Of a stretch of DNA of 64,000 bases, positions 1 through 10,986 are shown in pieces (the stretch's first letter is position 1; the number at the start of each line of letters is the position of its first letter). Below the pieces are notes generated by a model. That model searched no databases, was not told the DNA's origin, and saw only the letters and a list, made by a program, of their open reading frames with translations. Origin of the DNA: Mobula hypostoma (taxonomy: Eukaryota); contig NC_086108.1 of NCBI RefSeq assembly GCF_963921235.1, positions 115,446,001-115,510,000 of the forward strand, given 5' to 3'. A program made the position numbers and the translations under genes.

Positions 1-2290
1 TCAACACAGAGTCAGGACACTTCCTAGGGAGCAGGATGTAGGGCCAGGAGTCATACACAGAACACTAAGAGGCAGATCTTCACTCAAGGTAGCGGCAAAT
101 GGCCGGACCTACCTAGAGAAGGCGTTGACACAAAGACACAGTTCCAAACAACGAAAGACAGTTCCTTATCTAGACACAGCAAGGCCCCGATCCTGCCCTG
201 GTGGTTGAACCTGACGGCATTATAGGCGAGGGCACAGGCGAAAGTAGCAGGTGATGCTTCAGGCAAAGGTAGCAGGCGAGGCTTCAGAAGGAAGGGAAAG
301 GGGAGAGAACAGTCCAGCAACTGAAGCTGAACCCAGGAGCTGTTTATGTAGCCAGCCCAAAATGAGAATCATGTGCCTCAATTAGGGCACACAATAGGAC
401 AAGGGAAAATTGGAAAACCTGGAATAAGGATCGATGGACTGGATCATGAACCGGAATGAGGACTTCACGGACTGGACCATGACAGTATCCCCCCCCACCC
501 CCAACCTCTATGGGAGCCTTCTGGCGACCGAAAAGGCTCTCCAGGACAAAGCACAACACGAGCAGATGTGGGGGGGGGGGGGCGTGATGTTATTCAACAG
601 GAGGGAACCCAGGATGGCAAGAGTAAAATGACAGTGTCTGTGTCGCTGGGTCCATATTTGACTGGACTGTTCTGTCATAGGGGCCGGCGTTGATGGCGGA
701 CCTAAATGCAAGCCACTGACACTGAATTACTAGGAGCAGGACTAGTGTGTCAAACAAGCAATGGAAATGGGGAAGAAACAACACTGGACAAGACACGGGC
801 CCTGGACTAGGCTAGGATACAGGCCCCGGACTAGGCTAGGACACAGGCCCCGGACTAGGCTAGGATACAGGCCCCGGACTAGGCTAGGACACAGGCCCAG
901 GACTAGGCTAGGACACAGGCCCCGGACTAGGCTAGGACACAGGCCCCGGACTAGGCTAGGATACAGGCCCCGGACTAGGCTAGGACACAGGCCCCGGACT
1001 AGGCTAGGACACAGGCCCCGGACTAGGCTAGGATACAGGCCCCGGACTAGGCTAGGACACAGGCCCAGGACTAGGCTAGGACACAGGCCCCGGACTAGGC
1101 TAGGACACAGGCCCCGGACTAGGCTAGGACACAGGCCCCGGACTAGGCTAGGATACAGGCCCCGGACTAGGCTAGGATACAGGGCATGGACTAGGCTAGG
1201 ATACAGGCCCCGGACTAGGCTAGGATACAGGCCCTGGACTAGGCTAGGATACAGGCCCCGGACTAGGCTAGGATACAGGGCATGGACTAGGCTAGGATAC
1301 AGGGCATGGACTAGGCTAGGATACAGGGCATGGACTAGGACTAGACTAGGAAAGAGGGAGCTGGATGAGGAATTAGGAACTTGGAACCTCGACAAGGACT
1401 CTAACCCAGAGACTGGACAGGGACCCAGAACCTGGGTCTTGACTTGGTCTCGGACTCCGGATCTAGGCGTGGCTACAGGCCGAGGAGTGGCAACAGGACT
1501 GGATGTGAGACTCATGGACAGGACGAGGGAACCCCAGCACAGGATGAGGGAACCCCAGCACCGGGCTGGGCGAGGCACATGGACAGGATAAGAACATGAA
1601 GCCTTGACTTGGTCTTGAGGGAGACAGGAACGCAGAGCCTTGGTTGTTAGAGAACAGGAACATGGAACACAGACCCGGGACCCCTCCTTGGGAACAGGAC
1701 TTGAGGCCGGGGCTCAACACAGAGTCAGGACCCCTCCTAGGGAGCAGGACATTGGGCCGGGACTCATACATACACAGAATACTGAGAGACAGATGTCCAC
1801 TCAAGATAGCAGCAAATAGCCGGACCTACCCAGCAGAGGTGAGGGCACAAAGAGATGACTCCCAACACAAGGTAGTGGCAAACGGCCGGATCTACCTAGT
1901 GAAGACGTGGACACAGAGACAGTTCCCAACTCCAGGTAGCGGCAAATGGCCGGACGTACCTGGCGAAGGCAATTCCAAACAACGAAAGACAGTTCCTTAT
2001 CCAGACACAGCAAAGCCCTGGTCTTGCCCTGGTAGTTGAACCTGAGGGCGTTACAGGCGAGGGCACAGGCGAAGATAGCAGGTGAGGCTTCAGAAGGAAG
2101 GGAAAAGGGAGAGAACAGTCCAGCAACTGAAGCTGAACCCAGGAGCTGTTTATGTAGCCAGTCCAAAATGAGAACCATGTGCCTCAATTAAGGCAAACAA
2201 TAGGACAAGGGAAAACCAGAAAACCTGGAATAAGGATCAATGGACCAGACCGTGAACCGGAATGCAGACTTCACAGACCGGACCATGACA
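1..2290 (-). mobile_element. Non-autonomous Gypsy (sushi-like) LTR mini-element: 5' LTR 673-2290, internal 485-672, 3' LTR <1-484
   Basis: 1-484 is a direct repeat of ~1715-2290, both ending CATGACA. The LTR at 673-2290 has TGTCAT...ATGACA termini. On the minus strand the internal part reads PBS-like 662-672, then ATG GAC CCA GCG (MDPA, like the gag start at 40900), then a G-rich PPT at ~485-502 abutting the 3' LTR. Confidence 0.85.
798..1340. repeat. 24-bp minisatellite (AGGCCCCGGACTAGGCTAGGAYAC) inside the LTR, about 22 copies
   Basis: Direct tandem units visible; they explain the repetitive ORFs 742-1578 and 761-1591. Confidence 0.95.
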
Positions 2291-2299
2291 GTCAGGTTC

Positions 2300-2800
2300 C
2301 CCCACTCCATCAGCATCCTGCACACCATGGACATGCTCTCTTTAAGGAGCACTGTCATCCATCATCAAGGACCTCCACCATCCAGGCCATGCTTTCTTCT
2401 TGCTACTGCCACTGGGGAGGAGGATCAGGAGCCTCAAGATCCACACTGCCAGATTTGGGAACAGTTATTACCCCTCTACCATCAGGCTCTTGAACCAGTG
2501 AGGATAACATCACACAATTTCACTCGCCCTAACGCTGAACTATTCTCACAACAGATTGACTCACTTTCAAGGACTCTTCATCTTATGTTCTCAATATTTA
2601 TTGCTTATTTATTTATTTATTTATTTATTATTTATTTTTGCATTTGCACCGTTTGTTGTCTTTCACTCTTTGCTTGCAGTCTTTCACTGATTCTGTTGTG
2701 TTTCTTTGTATTTACTGTGTATGCCTGCAAGAAAACGAATCTCAGGGTTGTATATGGTGACATATATGTACTTTGATAATAAAGTTACTTTGAAGTTTGA
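2300..2800 (+). mobile_element. Rex/Babar-type LINE 3' fragment (decayed)
   Basis: Remnant of the HPGHALF..LP.GRR.RSLK.HT.RF.NSYYP.TIRLLN C-terminus, followed by an AT-rich 3' UTR, AATAAA and a short repeat tail. Confidence 0.65.
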
Positions 2801-3004
2801 ACTCTCCCTAGAACTGAAGTGATCCATCCGAGGCAAAGTCCTGGGAATCTCCCCAGTGTAATCACATCCAGCTCGTAGTCTGGTGACCAGACTCTACTCC
2901 GGGTACACAGGTACTCACTGACACGTTGCGTCCTGTTCCCCTTTTCCAGCCCTGACAATTCTCCTGGAGCCAGATTCAGCTGTTTCCCGATCCTGATGAC
3001 AGAA

Positions 3005-3500
3005 ATTGGAATGAGAATCAGGTTTCATATCACTGGCAAGTTATGAGATCTGTTCTTTACGATATATATAATGAAATAAATAGTGTGAAAAGAGGGGAAA
3101 GCAGTGAGGTGGTGTTCACGGGTTCATTGTTCATTCAGGAATCTGGAGGTGGAGGCGAAGAAGCTGTTCCTCAAACGTTGAGTGTGTGTGCTCCGGCTCC
3201 TTGACGGTAGCAATGGGAAGAGCCCACGTCCTGGGTGCTGCCTTTTGGAGGTGTCCTCGATGCTGGCGAGCCCATTGCCCATGATGGAGACGGCTGAGCT
3301 GACAACTTCGTGCAGCTTTTTTCAGTCCTGTGCGGTGGCCCCTCCATACCAGATGGCAATGTAACCTGTCAGAATGCTCTCCACTGTACATCTGTAAACA
3401 TTTGCCAGAGTCTTTGGTGACATAGCAAAGCTCCTCAAATTTCTAATGAAATATAGGCATCTCCTGTAATCGCATCAATATGTTGCACTCAGGATAGAGA
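3005..3500 (-). mobile_element. Rex/Babar-type LINE 3' fragment
   Basis: Same C-terminal motifs on the minus strand; similar to 9285-10240 and 17700-18290. Confidence 0.6.
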
Positions 3501-4169
3501 GGAATCATGACTGAGGTTTATGAAGGAGGTCGGAGGTAAGAGACAATTGACAAATGGATGGAGCTGAGATCTCTCTCTCTCTCACTCACACCCTCACACA
3601 GACACACTCACACCCTCACACACATACACACACACGCTCTAACTCCGAACAGGGAGATCAGCCCGTCTCTCTCCGAGTCCCACTGACACCCGAGTAATCA
3701 GATAAGAGCTTCTGGTTCAACTACCCGGTGGCCCATCCACCGAGACCCCTGTCTCAGAGAGTGATCCCCGTGATCAGCCCGTCTCTCTCCGAGCCCCGCC
3801 GACCCTCAGTAATCAGATAAGAGCTTTTGGTTAAACGCATCTTCACACAACATGCAGCCATTCTCTTTAAATCCCTCGCTCCGAGAGGTTTCTGCCTCTG
3901 GTAGCCGATTAAAAACTGATCTGCTGAAGAGCCCGTAATCCGCCGGCTCCCCTCGGTCTTTGATGCCCGGCTGTCCATGTGGACACGCGGGCTGACTGCA
4001 CTCTCCTCTCCACTCTAATTAATTAGTAATTGTGTTAGTGCCACACTTCCTGAGATGCCAGAGCTCAGGGTGACGGGACAGTCAGTGAGAGCTCCTGCTC
4101 CACGCCTGAGCTGTCTGTGGGTTGACCCACCCCCCACACTGGTCCGATGGTCGGGGTCGACCCTGGATG

Positions 4170-4790
4170 TTGCGTCCTTGTTCTCAAAGTCAATACGCAA
4201 GCTGGACAGTCCAATACGGAGAGCAGGCTGCTGTCCGTGCAACAGGCTCCCTCTCTCCACGCAGGTGATGAGTCCAAAGCAACGGCAGAGACCGATACAG
4301 TTTGGCACCAGCCGCGTCGCACGAGTTGCCAGTCGGCATTGAACCCCAGCCCTTCCCCATGAGTGGAGAGAGCCGCAAGGTAGAGGAGGTTTGGGAGTAG
4401 AGTTTTCCTTCTCCATAAGACCATAAGACCATAAGACAAAGGAGCAGAAGTAGACCATTCGGCCCATCGAGTCTGCTCGGCCATTTTATCATGAGCTGAT
4501 CCATTTTATCCTATTTAGTTCCACTGCCCCGCCTTCTCACCATAACCTTTGATGCCCTGGCTACTCAGATACCTATCAATCTCTGCCTTAAATACACCCA
4601 ATGACTTGGCCTCCACTTCTCCTAGATGAGCTGCCAACCACAGCTGACGACCCCCATCTACCCGACCCAAATGGTTTTAAAGAGCCTTTGCCCCTTCTCC
4701 TGTCAGTAGAAACGGTTCTGCCGGGCTTAGTAGCTAAGCCACATGTGAAGGCCAGGAGCTGGATTTCGTTGTCTGAGGCTGTAGGAGACT
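4170..4790 (-). mobile_element. RTE-clade LINE UTR-like repeat, interrupted by a CR1 3' end at ~4415-4615
   Basis: Homologous to 43090-43450 (GAGACCGATACAGTTTGGCACCAG; GAGTTTTCCTTCTCCTAGATGAGCTGCC). The insert carries a (CCATAAGA)n tail and splits the CTTCTCC site. Confidence 0.55.
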
Positions 4791-5293
4791 CATAGTCATA
4801 GTCATAGTCATACTTTATTGATCCCGGGGGAAATTGGTTTTCGTTACAGTTGCACCATAAATAATAAATAGTAATAAAACCATAAATAGTTAAATAGTAA
4901 TACGTAAATTATGCCAGGAAATAAGTCCAGGACCAGCCTATTGGCTCAGGGTGCCTGACCCTCCAAGGGAGGAATTGTAAAGTTTGATGGCCACAGGCAG
5001 GCATGACTTCCTATGACGCTCTGTGTTGCATCTCGGAGGAATGAGTCTCTGGCTGAATGTACTCCTGTGCCCAACCAGTACATTATGTAGTGGATGGGAG
5101 ACATTGTCCAAGATGGCATGCAACTTAGACAGCATCCTCTTTTCAGACACCACCATCAGAGAGTCCAGTTCCATCCCCACAACATCACTAGCCTTACGAA
5201 TGAGTTTGTTGATTCTGTTGGTGTCTGCTACCCTCAGCCTGCTGCCCCAGCACACAACAGCAAACATGATCGCACTGGCCACCACAGACTCGT
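4791..5293 (-). mobile_element. Rex/Babar LINE 3' end, relatively young, with (TATGAC)n tail
   Basis: Open frame ESVVASAIMFAVVCWGS...INKLIRKAS...HPLH...RKSCLPVAIKLYN within ORF 4938-5510; CATAGT repeats at 4791-4812. Confidence 0.8.
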
Positions 5294-5560
5294 GCCATTT
5301 AACAGGCAGTGAATGGGATCTTATCTCCATTACACCCCAGCGGCTGCGACAACCTTTAGGAACTCCCACTGTAGAACCCCATTCATGCCCCATCGGGAGC
5401 TTAAGTTCCGATTGGACTCCGGCTGATATCGGAGCTCTCCCGGGGAACAGCTGCCCGCAGGAACGTGGGACTCCAGCGCAATGTTGAAATGTTATGATAT
5501 CTGTGGCCAAAGCAATAAATAGATTATCGTGCTGTTTATTGGTTTATTACAACCTGGACG

Positions 5561-5574
5561 GTTGCCATGGTAAC
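5561..5574. promoter_or_regulatory. RFX X-box motif GTTGCCATGGTAAC, with a forkhead-like TGTTTAC at 5651-5657
   Basis: Full 14-bp match to the RFX palindromic consensus in non-repetitive-looking sequence; function not shown. Confidence 0.45.
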
Positions 5575-6315
5575 AGCCCTGAGACAGCAAAGATGTAATG
5601 CGTCTGTAAATCGATCAGCGTGCGAGGGACATTAAGGAGGATGAGGAGTCTGTTTACAATTCATGGATCGGCTGTCCAATTAGTCCCACTCTCTGCTTTC
5701 TCTCTGAAGCGCTGCAAATACCTTCGCTCCTTCTGTGACCGTGTGCGCAGTGCTTCTGAGAAATGAGAGTACCACCACCCAAGCAATCGGAAACCGCGGG
5801 GCCACTCGGCCCCTCGGTACTGCCCCCACCATTCAGTGTGGCCATGGCTGATCCCTTCTCCCCTCATCTCCTCTTCTGTGCCAGTTCCCCATCGCCCTCA
5901 GTCCCCTGATCCGTCAAATATTTCACTCCCTCTTTTTTTAACTGCCCTCCCCCAGTGATCCAGTCTCCGCACTCCTCTGGGGTGGAGAAGTCTTGAGATT
6001 CCCCTCCCTCTGTGAGAAGCCCAGCACACCTCAATTTTAAATGTCTGCCCCCAAGTCCTGAGACTGTGCTCCATTTATTGAGACTCTGCTACTGGTGGAA
6101 ACGCCTCCACATCTCCTTATCTCCCCTGTCGTGTCCCCTCAGGGTCTGAGATGTTTCTGCAAGGTCACCCTTCATTCCCCTAAACTCCACAGAGCACAGA
6201 CCCAACTTCTTCAGCTCACAAACACGAGGAAATCTGCGGATGCCGGAAATTCAAGCAACACACACAAAATGCTGGTGAACGCAGCAGGCCAGGCAGCATC
6301 TCTAGGAAGAGGTAC

Positions 6316-6351
6316 AGTCGACGTTTCGGACTGAGACCCTTCGTCAGGACT
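6316..6351 (-). ncRNA. Minimal type I hammerhead ribozyme motif in the Penelope pseudo-LTR
   Basis: Minus strand reads AGUC-CUGACGA-AGGGUCUCAGUCC-GAAAC-GUC-GACU: conserved CUGANGA and GAAA core, GUC cleavage triplet, stem I AGUC/GACU. Confidence 0.7.
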
Positions 6352-6560
6352 AACTGAAAAAAGAGCTAGTAAGAGATTTGAAAGTGGGAGGGGGAGGGGG
6401 AGATCCGAAATGATAGGAGAAGACAGGAGGGGGAGGGATGGAGCCAAGAGCTGGACAGGTGATAGGCAAAAGGGATATGAGAGGGTCATGGGACAGGAGG
6501 CCCAGGGAGAAGGAAAAGGGGGAGGGGAGCACCAGAGGAAGATGGAGAACAGGCAAGGAG

Positions 6561-6590
6561 TTATTGTGAGAGGGAAACAGAGAGGGGGGG

Positions 6591-6651
<61 letters not shown>

Positions 6652-8057
6652 AATAAATAATAAATTAGGGATGAGGTAAGAAGGGGAGGAGGGGCATTAA
6701 CAAAATTAGCAAAATCAATGTTCATGCCATCAGGTTGGTGGTTACCCAGATGGAATATAAGGTGTTGTTCCTCCAACCTGAGTGTGGCTTCATCTTTACA
6801 GTAGAGGAGGCCGTGGATAGACATATCAGAATGGGAATGGGACGTGGAATTAAAATGTGTGGCCACTGGGAGATCCTGCTTTCTCTGGCGGTCAGAGCAT
6901 AGGTGTTCAGCGAAATGATCTCTCAGTCTGCGTCGGGTCTCACCAATATATAGAAGGCCGCACTGGGAGCACCGGACGCAGTATATCACCCCAGCCGACT
7001 CACAGGTGAAGTGTCGCCTCACCTGGAAAGACTGTCTGGGGCCCTGAATGGTGGTAAGGGAGGAAGTGTAAGGGCAGGTGTAGCACTTGTTCCACTTACA
7101 AGGATAAGTGCCAGGAGGGAGATCAGTGGGAAGGGATGGGGGAGATGAATGGACAAGGGAGTCGTGTAGGGAGTGATCCCTGTGGAAAGCAGAGAGATGG
7201 GGGGAGGGAAAGATGTTCTTGGTAGTGGGATCCCATTGGAGATGGTGGAAGTTACGGAGAATTATATGTTGGACACGGAGGCTGGTGGGGTGGTAGGTGA
7301 GGACAAGGGGAACCCTATCCCTAGTAGGGTGGCGGGAGGATGGGGTGAGTGCAGATGTGCATGAAATGGGAGAGATGCGTTTGAGGGCAGAGTTGATGGT
7401 GGAGGAAGGGAAGCCCCTTTCTTTGAAAAAGGAAGGCATCTCCTTCGTTCTGGAATAAAAAGCCTCATCCTGAGAGCAGATGTGGCGGAGACAGAGGAAT
7501 TGAGAGGAGAGGATAGCATTTTTACAAGTAACAGGGTGGGAAGAGGAATAGTCCAGGTAGCTGTGAGAGTCTGTGGGCTTATAGTAGACATCAGTAGATA
7601 AGCTATCTTCAGAGATAGAGACAGAAAGATCGAGAAAGGGGAGGGAGGTGTCGGAAATGGACCAGGTAAACTTGAGGGCAGGGTGAAAGTTGGAGGCAAA
7701 GTTAATAAAGTCAACGAGCTCAGCATGCGTGCAGGAAGCAACGCCAATGCAGTCATCTATGTAGCAAAGGAAAAGTGGGGGACAGATACCAGAATAGGTT
7801 TGAAACATAGATTGTTCCACAAAGCCAACATAAAGGCAGGCATAGCTAGGACCCATACGGGTGCCCATAGCTACACCTTTAGTTTGAAGGAAATGGGAGG
7901 AGCCAAAGGAGAAATTATTAAGAGTAAGGACCAATTCCACTAGACGGAGCAGAGTGGTGGTAGAGGGGAACTGGTTAGGTCTGCAATCCAAAAAGAAGTG
8001 GAGGGCTTTGAGACCTTCCTGATGGGGGATGGAGGTATTTAGGGACTGGACATCCAT
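6561..8057 (-). CDS. Penelope-like reverse transcriptase plus GIY-YIG endonuclease (partial ORF)
   Basis: MDVQSLNTSIP, QTKGVAMGTRMGPSYA, YIDD, LPFLDL, YYKPTD, a Cys linker (PCKWNKCYTC), GVIYCVRCSQCGLLYIGET, RDHFAEH and PDGMN. Confidence 0.9.
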
Positions 8058-9284
8058 GGTGAAAATAGATGATGGGGGCCAGGGAACTTAAAATCATCGA
8101 AAAGTTTCAGAGCGTGAGAAGTGTCACAAACATAAGTAGGAAGGGATTGAACATGGGGGGATAAAACTGTGTCGAGGTACGCAGAAATGATTTCGATGGG
8201 GCAGGAGCAAGCTGAGACAATGGGTCTACCCGGACAGGCAGTTTTGTGGATCTTGGGTAGGAGGTAGAATCTGGAAGTGCGAGGTGTGGGAACTATAAGG
8301 TTGGTAGCAGTGGATGGGAGATCCCCTGAGCGGATAAAGTCGGTGATGGTGTGGGAGACAATGGCCTGGTGCTCCTTAGTGGGGTCATGATCGAGGGGTA
8401 AATAAGAGGAGGTATCAGCGAGTTGTCGCTGTGCCTCGGCAAGGTAGAGGTCAGTACGCCAGACTACAAGAGCACCCCCCCTTATCGGTGGGTTTTATGG
8501 TAAGGTTCGGATTAGTGCGGAAGGATGGAGAGCAGAGAGTTCGGAACAACACCTTATATTCCGTCTGGGTAGCCTCCAACCTGATGGCATGAACATTGAC
8601 TTCTCAAACTTCTGCTAATGCCCCTCTTCCCCTTCTTACCCCATTCCTAATTCATTATTTATTTATTTATTTATTTTCTCTCTCTTTCCCTCTCACAATA
8701 ACTCCTTGCCTGTTCTCCATCTTCCTCTGGTGCTCCCCTCCCCCTTTCTTTCTTCCAAGGCCTTCCATGCCATGATACTCCCCCTTCTCCAGCCTTGTAT
8801 CCCTTTTGCCAATCAACTTCCCAGCTCTTGGCTTCATCCCTCCTCCTCTTGTCTTCCCCTATCATTTCGGGTCTTCCCCCTCCCCCTCCCACTTTCAAAT
8901 CTCTTACTATCACTTTTTTCCGTTTGTCCTGACGAAGGGTCTCGACCCAAAACGTTGACTGTAGTTCCTATAAATGCTGCCTGGCCTGCTGTGTTCCACC
9001 AGCATTGTGTGTGTTGCTTCAACTTCTTTAGCTGTTTTCTTTTCCGAGAAGGAGGCTGAGGAGTTACAGATCCAGCCTGTCCAGTCTCTCTTGACAGGAT
9101 AACGCTCTCACCCTGGAGGCTGTTTGGCCCATGAGTGCTGTGCTAGCCCCTATTCCTTTCCCACAGCGCATTGTCCTCTCCCAGTGTTTCCCTTTGCAAG
9201 GTTCTGTCAGATCTGCAGTTACCAAACTTCCTATATCCCAGCTCCTCACCGTGGCCATTATCCTCTATCACCACCTCCGGTCCA

Positions 9285-10240
9285 AAGTTCAACATAAATG
9301 TGTTGTGAAACTACATACATGTCACCATATACAAGCCCCAGATTCTGTTTCTTGCGGGCATACTCAGTAAATCCAAGAACCATTATAGAATTAATGAACG
9401 ACTACGCCCAACAGGACGAGCAAACAACCAGTGTAGAAACAACAAACTGTGCCAATACAAAAGAAAAAAAATAGATAAGCGATAAATATGGATAACGTGA
9501 GATGAAGAGTCCTTGAAAGTGAGGACATGGGTTGTGGGAACAGTTCAGTGATGGGGCAAGTGAGGCTGACTGAAGTTATCCCCTTTGGTTCAAGAGCCTG
9601 ATGGTGGAAAGATAATGACTGTTCCTGAACCTGGTGGTGTGGGTCCTGTGGCTCCTCTAATTGCCTCTGTCCCCTACCAATGGGGAAGGCTTTACTCATG
9701 ATGGACTGGGCTATATCCACTGCTTTTTAAGGCTTTTCTATTCTTGGGCTCTGGTGTTTCCATGCCAGGCTGTGATGCAGCCAGTCAATACACTGTCCAC
9801 CACACATCTATAGGTTTGTCAAAGTTACAAATGTCATTCGGAATTCTTGCCAACGTCTGAGGAAGTAGAGGCGTTGCTGTGCTTTCTTCATAGTTGCTGT
9901 CATTTGCTGGGCGCAGGGCAGCTGTCTGCAATGATTACATGAAGAAATTTAAAGCTGTTGACCCTCTCCACCGCTGAGCCCCCAATGACCCCTGATTTCC
10001 TGCTCCTGAAATCAGTAACCAGCTCCATGGTCTGGCTGGTATTGAGTGAGAGGCTGTTGTTGTGGCATCACTCAGCCACATTTTCAGCTTCCCTCCCACA
10101 TGCTGATTCGTCACCACCTTTGATCTGGTAATTGATAGTAGTGTCAACAGCAAGTTTAAATATGGCATTGGAGCTGTGCTTAGCTACACAGTCATAGGTG
10201 TAAAGTGAGTAGAACAGGGATCTAAGCTCACAGCCTTGGA
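9285..10240 (-). mobile_element. Rex/Babar LINE 3' fragment (decayed RT C-terminus and 3' UTR)
   Basis: Decayed minus-strand remnants of the typical N.SKTKEL..DFR, KKA.QRLYFLR.L and RNS..PSTIRLLN motifs. Confidence 0.65.
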
Positions 10241-10374
10241 GAAGAGGACACCCAGGGAGGAGGGTTAACTGGAACCTCTGTCACAGAGCCAGTCCTGGAA
10301 TAATGGGCCAAGTAGTCTCCAGTTGTGTGAGTGTATAACAGGGCAGAGGCAAACCCTTAGAAAGTGGATAGTCC

Positions 10375-10602
10375 CGGGACAGGACGACAGTATTGGAAGT
10401 GAATAGGTCCGCGACGGGATGAGAGTATTGAAAGTGAATAGGTCCGGGATGAGACGAGAGTATTGGAAGTGAATAAGCCCATGACGGGATGACAGTATTG
10501 AAAGTGAATAGGCCCGGGATGAGAGTATTGGAAGTGAATAGGCCTGGGACAAGAGTATTGGAAGTGAATAGGCCCGGGATGGGACGACAGTATTGGAAGT
10601 GA
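10375..10602. repeat. Short tandem repeat, ~33-38 bp unit (AGTATTGGAAGTGAATAGGCCCGGGATG..), about 6-7 copies
   Basis: Visible tandem units with small length variation. Confidence 0.9.
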
Positions 10603-10986
10603 GGTGTCCCACAGAACTGTAATAGGAAAAGAATCTGGTTAATTATCACTGCCTATAAAAAGTATTCACCCCCCCCCCACCCTTGGAAGTTTTCATTATT
10701 GTTTTAATTTGGTTTTTTTTTACACTGATTATCAGAAAAAGATGCTTTTGTGTCAAAGTGAAAACAGATCTCTACAAAGTTACCTAAATTAATTACAAAT
10801 ATAAAACACAAAATAATTGATTGCATAAGTATTCACCCCCTTTAATATGATACTCCAAATCATCAGGGGTGCAGCCAATTGGTTTTAGAAGTCACATAAT
10901 TGGCTAAAAAGAGATCCTCATGTGCAATCAAGGTGTTTCAATTGATTGTAGTAAAAATAATCCTGTATATGGAAGGGCCAACTTCT

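Larger units (their letters stand above)
6217..9019 (-). mobile_element. Penelope-like retroelement (Neptune-like), 5'-truncated, with inverted pseudo-LTR at ~8545-9019
   Basis: Contains an RT plus GIY-YIG ORF. 8545-9019 is the reverse complement of ~6255-6770. Flanked by a 14-bp target duplication CAACTTCTTYAGCT (6203-6216 and 9020-9033). Confidence 0.92.

Noticed and set aside
742..1591. 276-278 aa ORFs on both strands (protamine-like RPRTRLG repeats)
   Set aside because: They are translations of a 24-bp minisatellite inside an LTR.
2919..2992. Possible minus-strand exon (AG acceptor, GTGAGT donor)
   Set aside because: No recognisable peptide and no partner exons; splice-like motifs occur by chance.
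10375..10602. CRISPR-like spacing of a ~26-bp conserved repeat
   Set aside because: The linkers are short and related to each other rather than unique spacers, there are no cas genes, and the context is a vertebrate repeat landscape.
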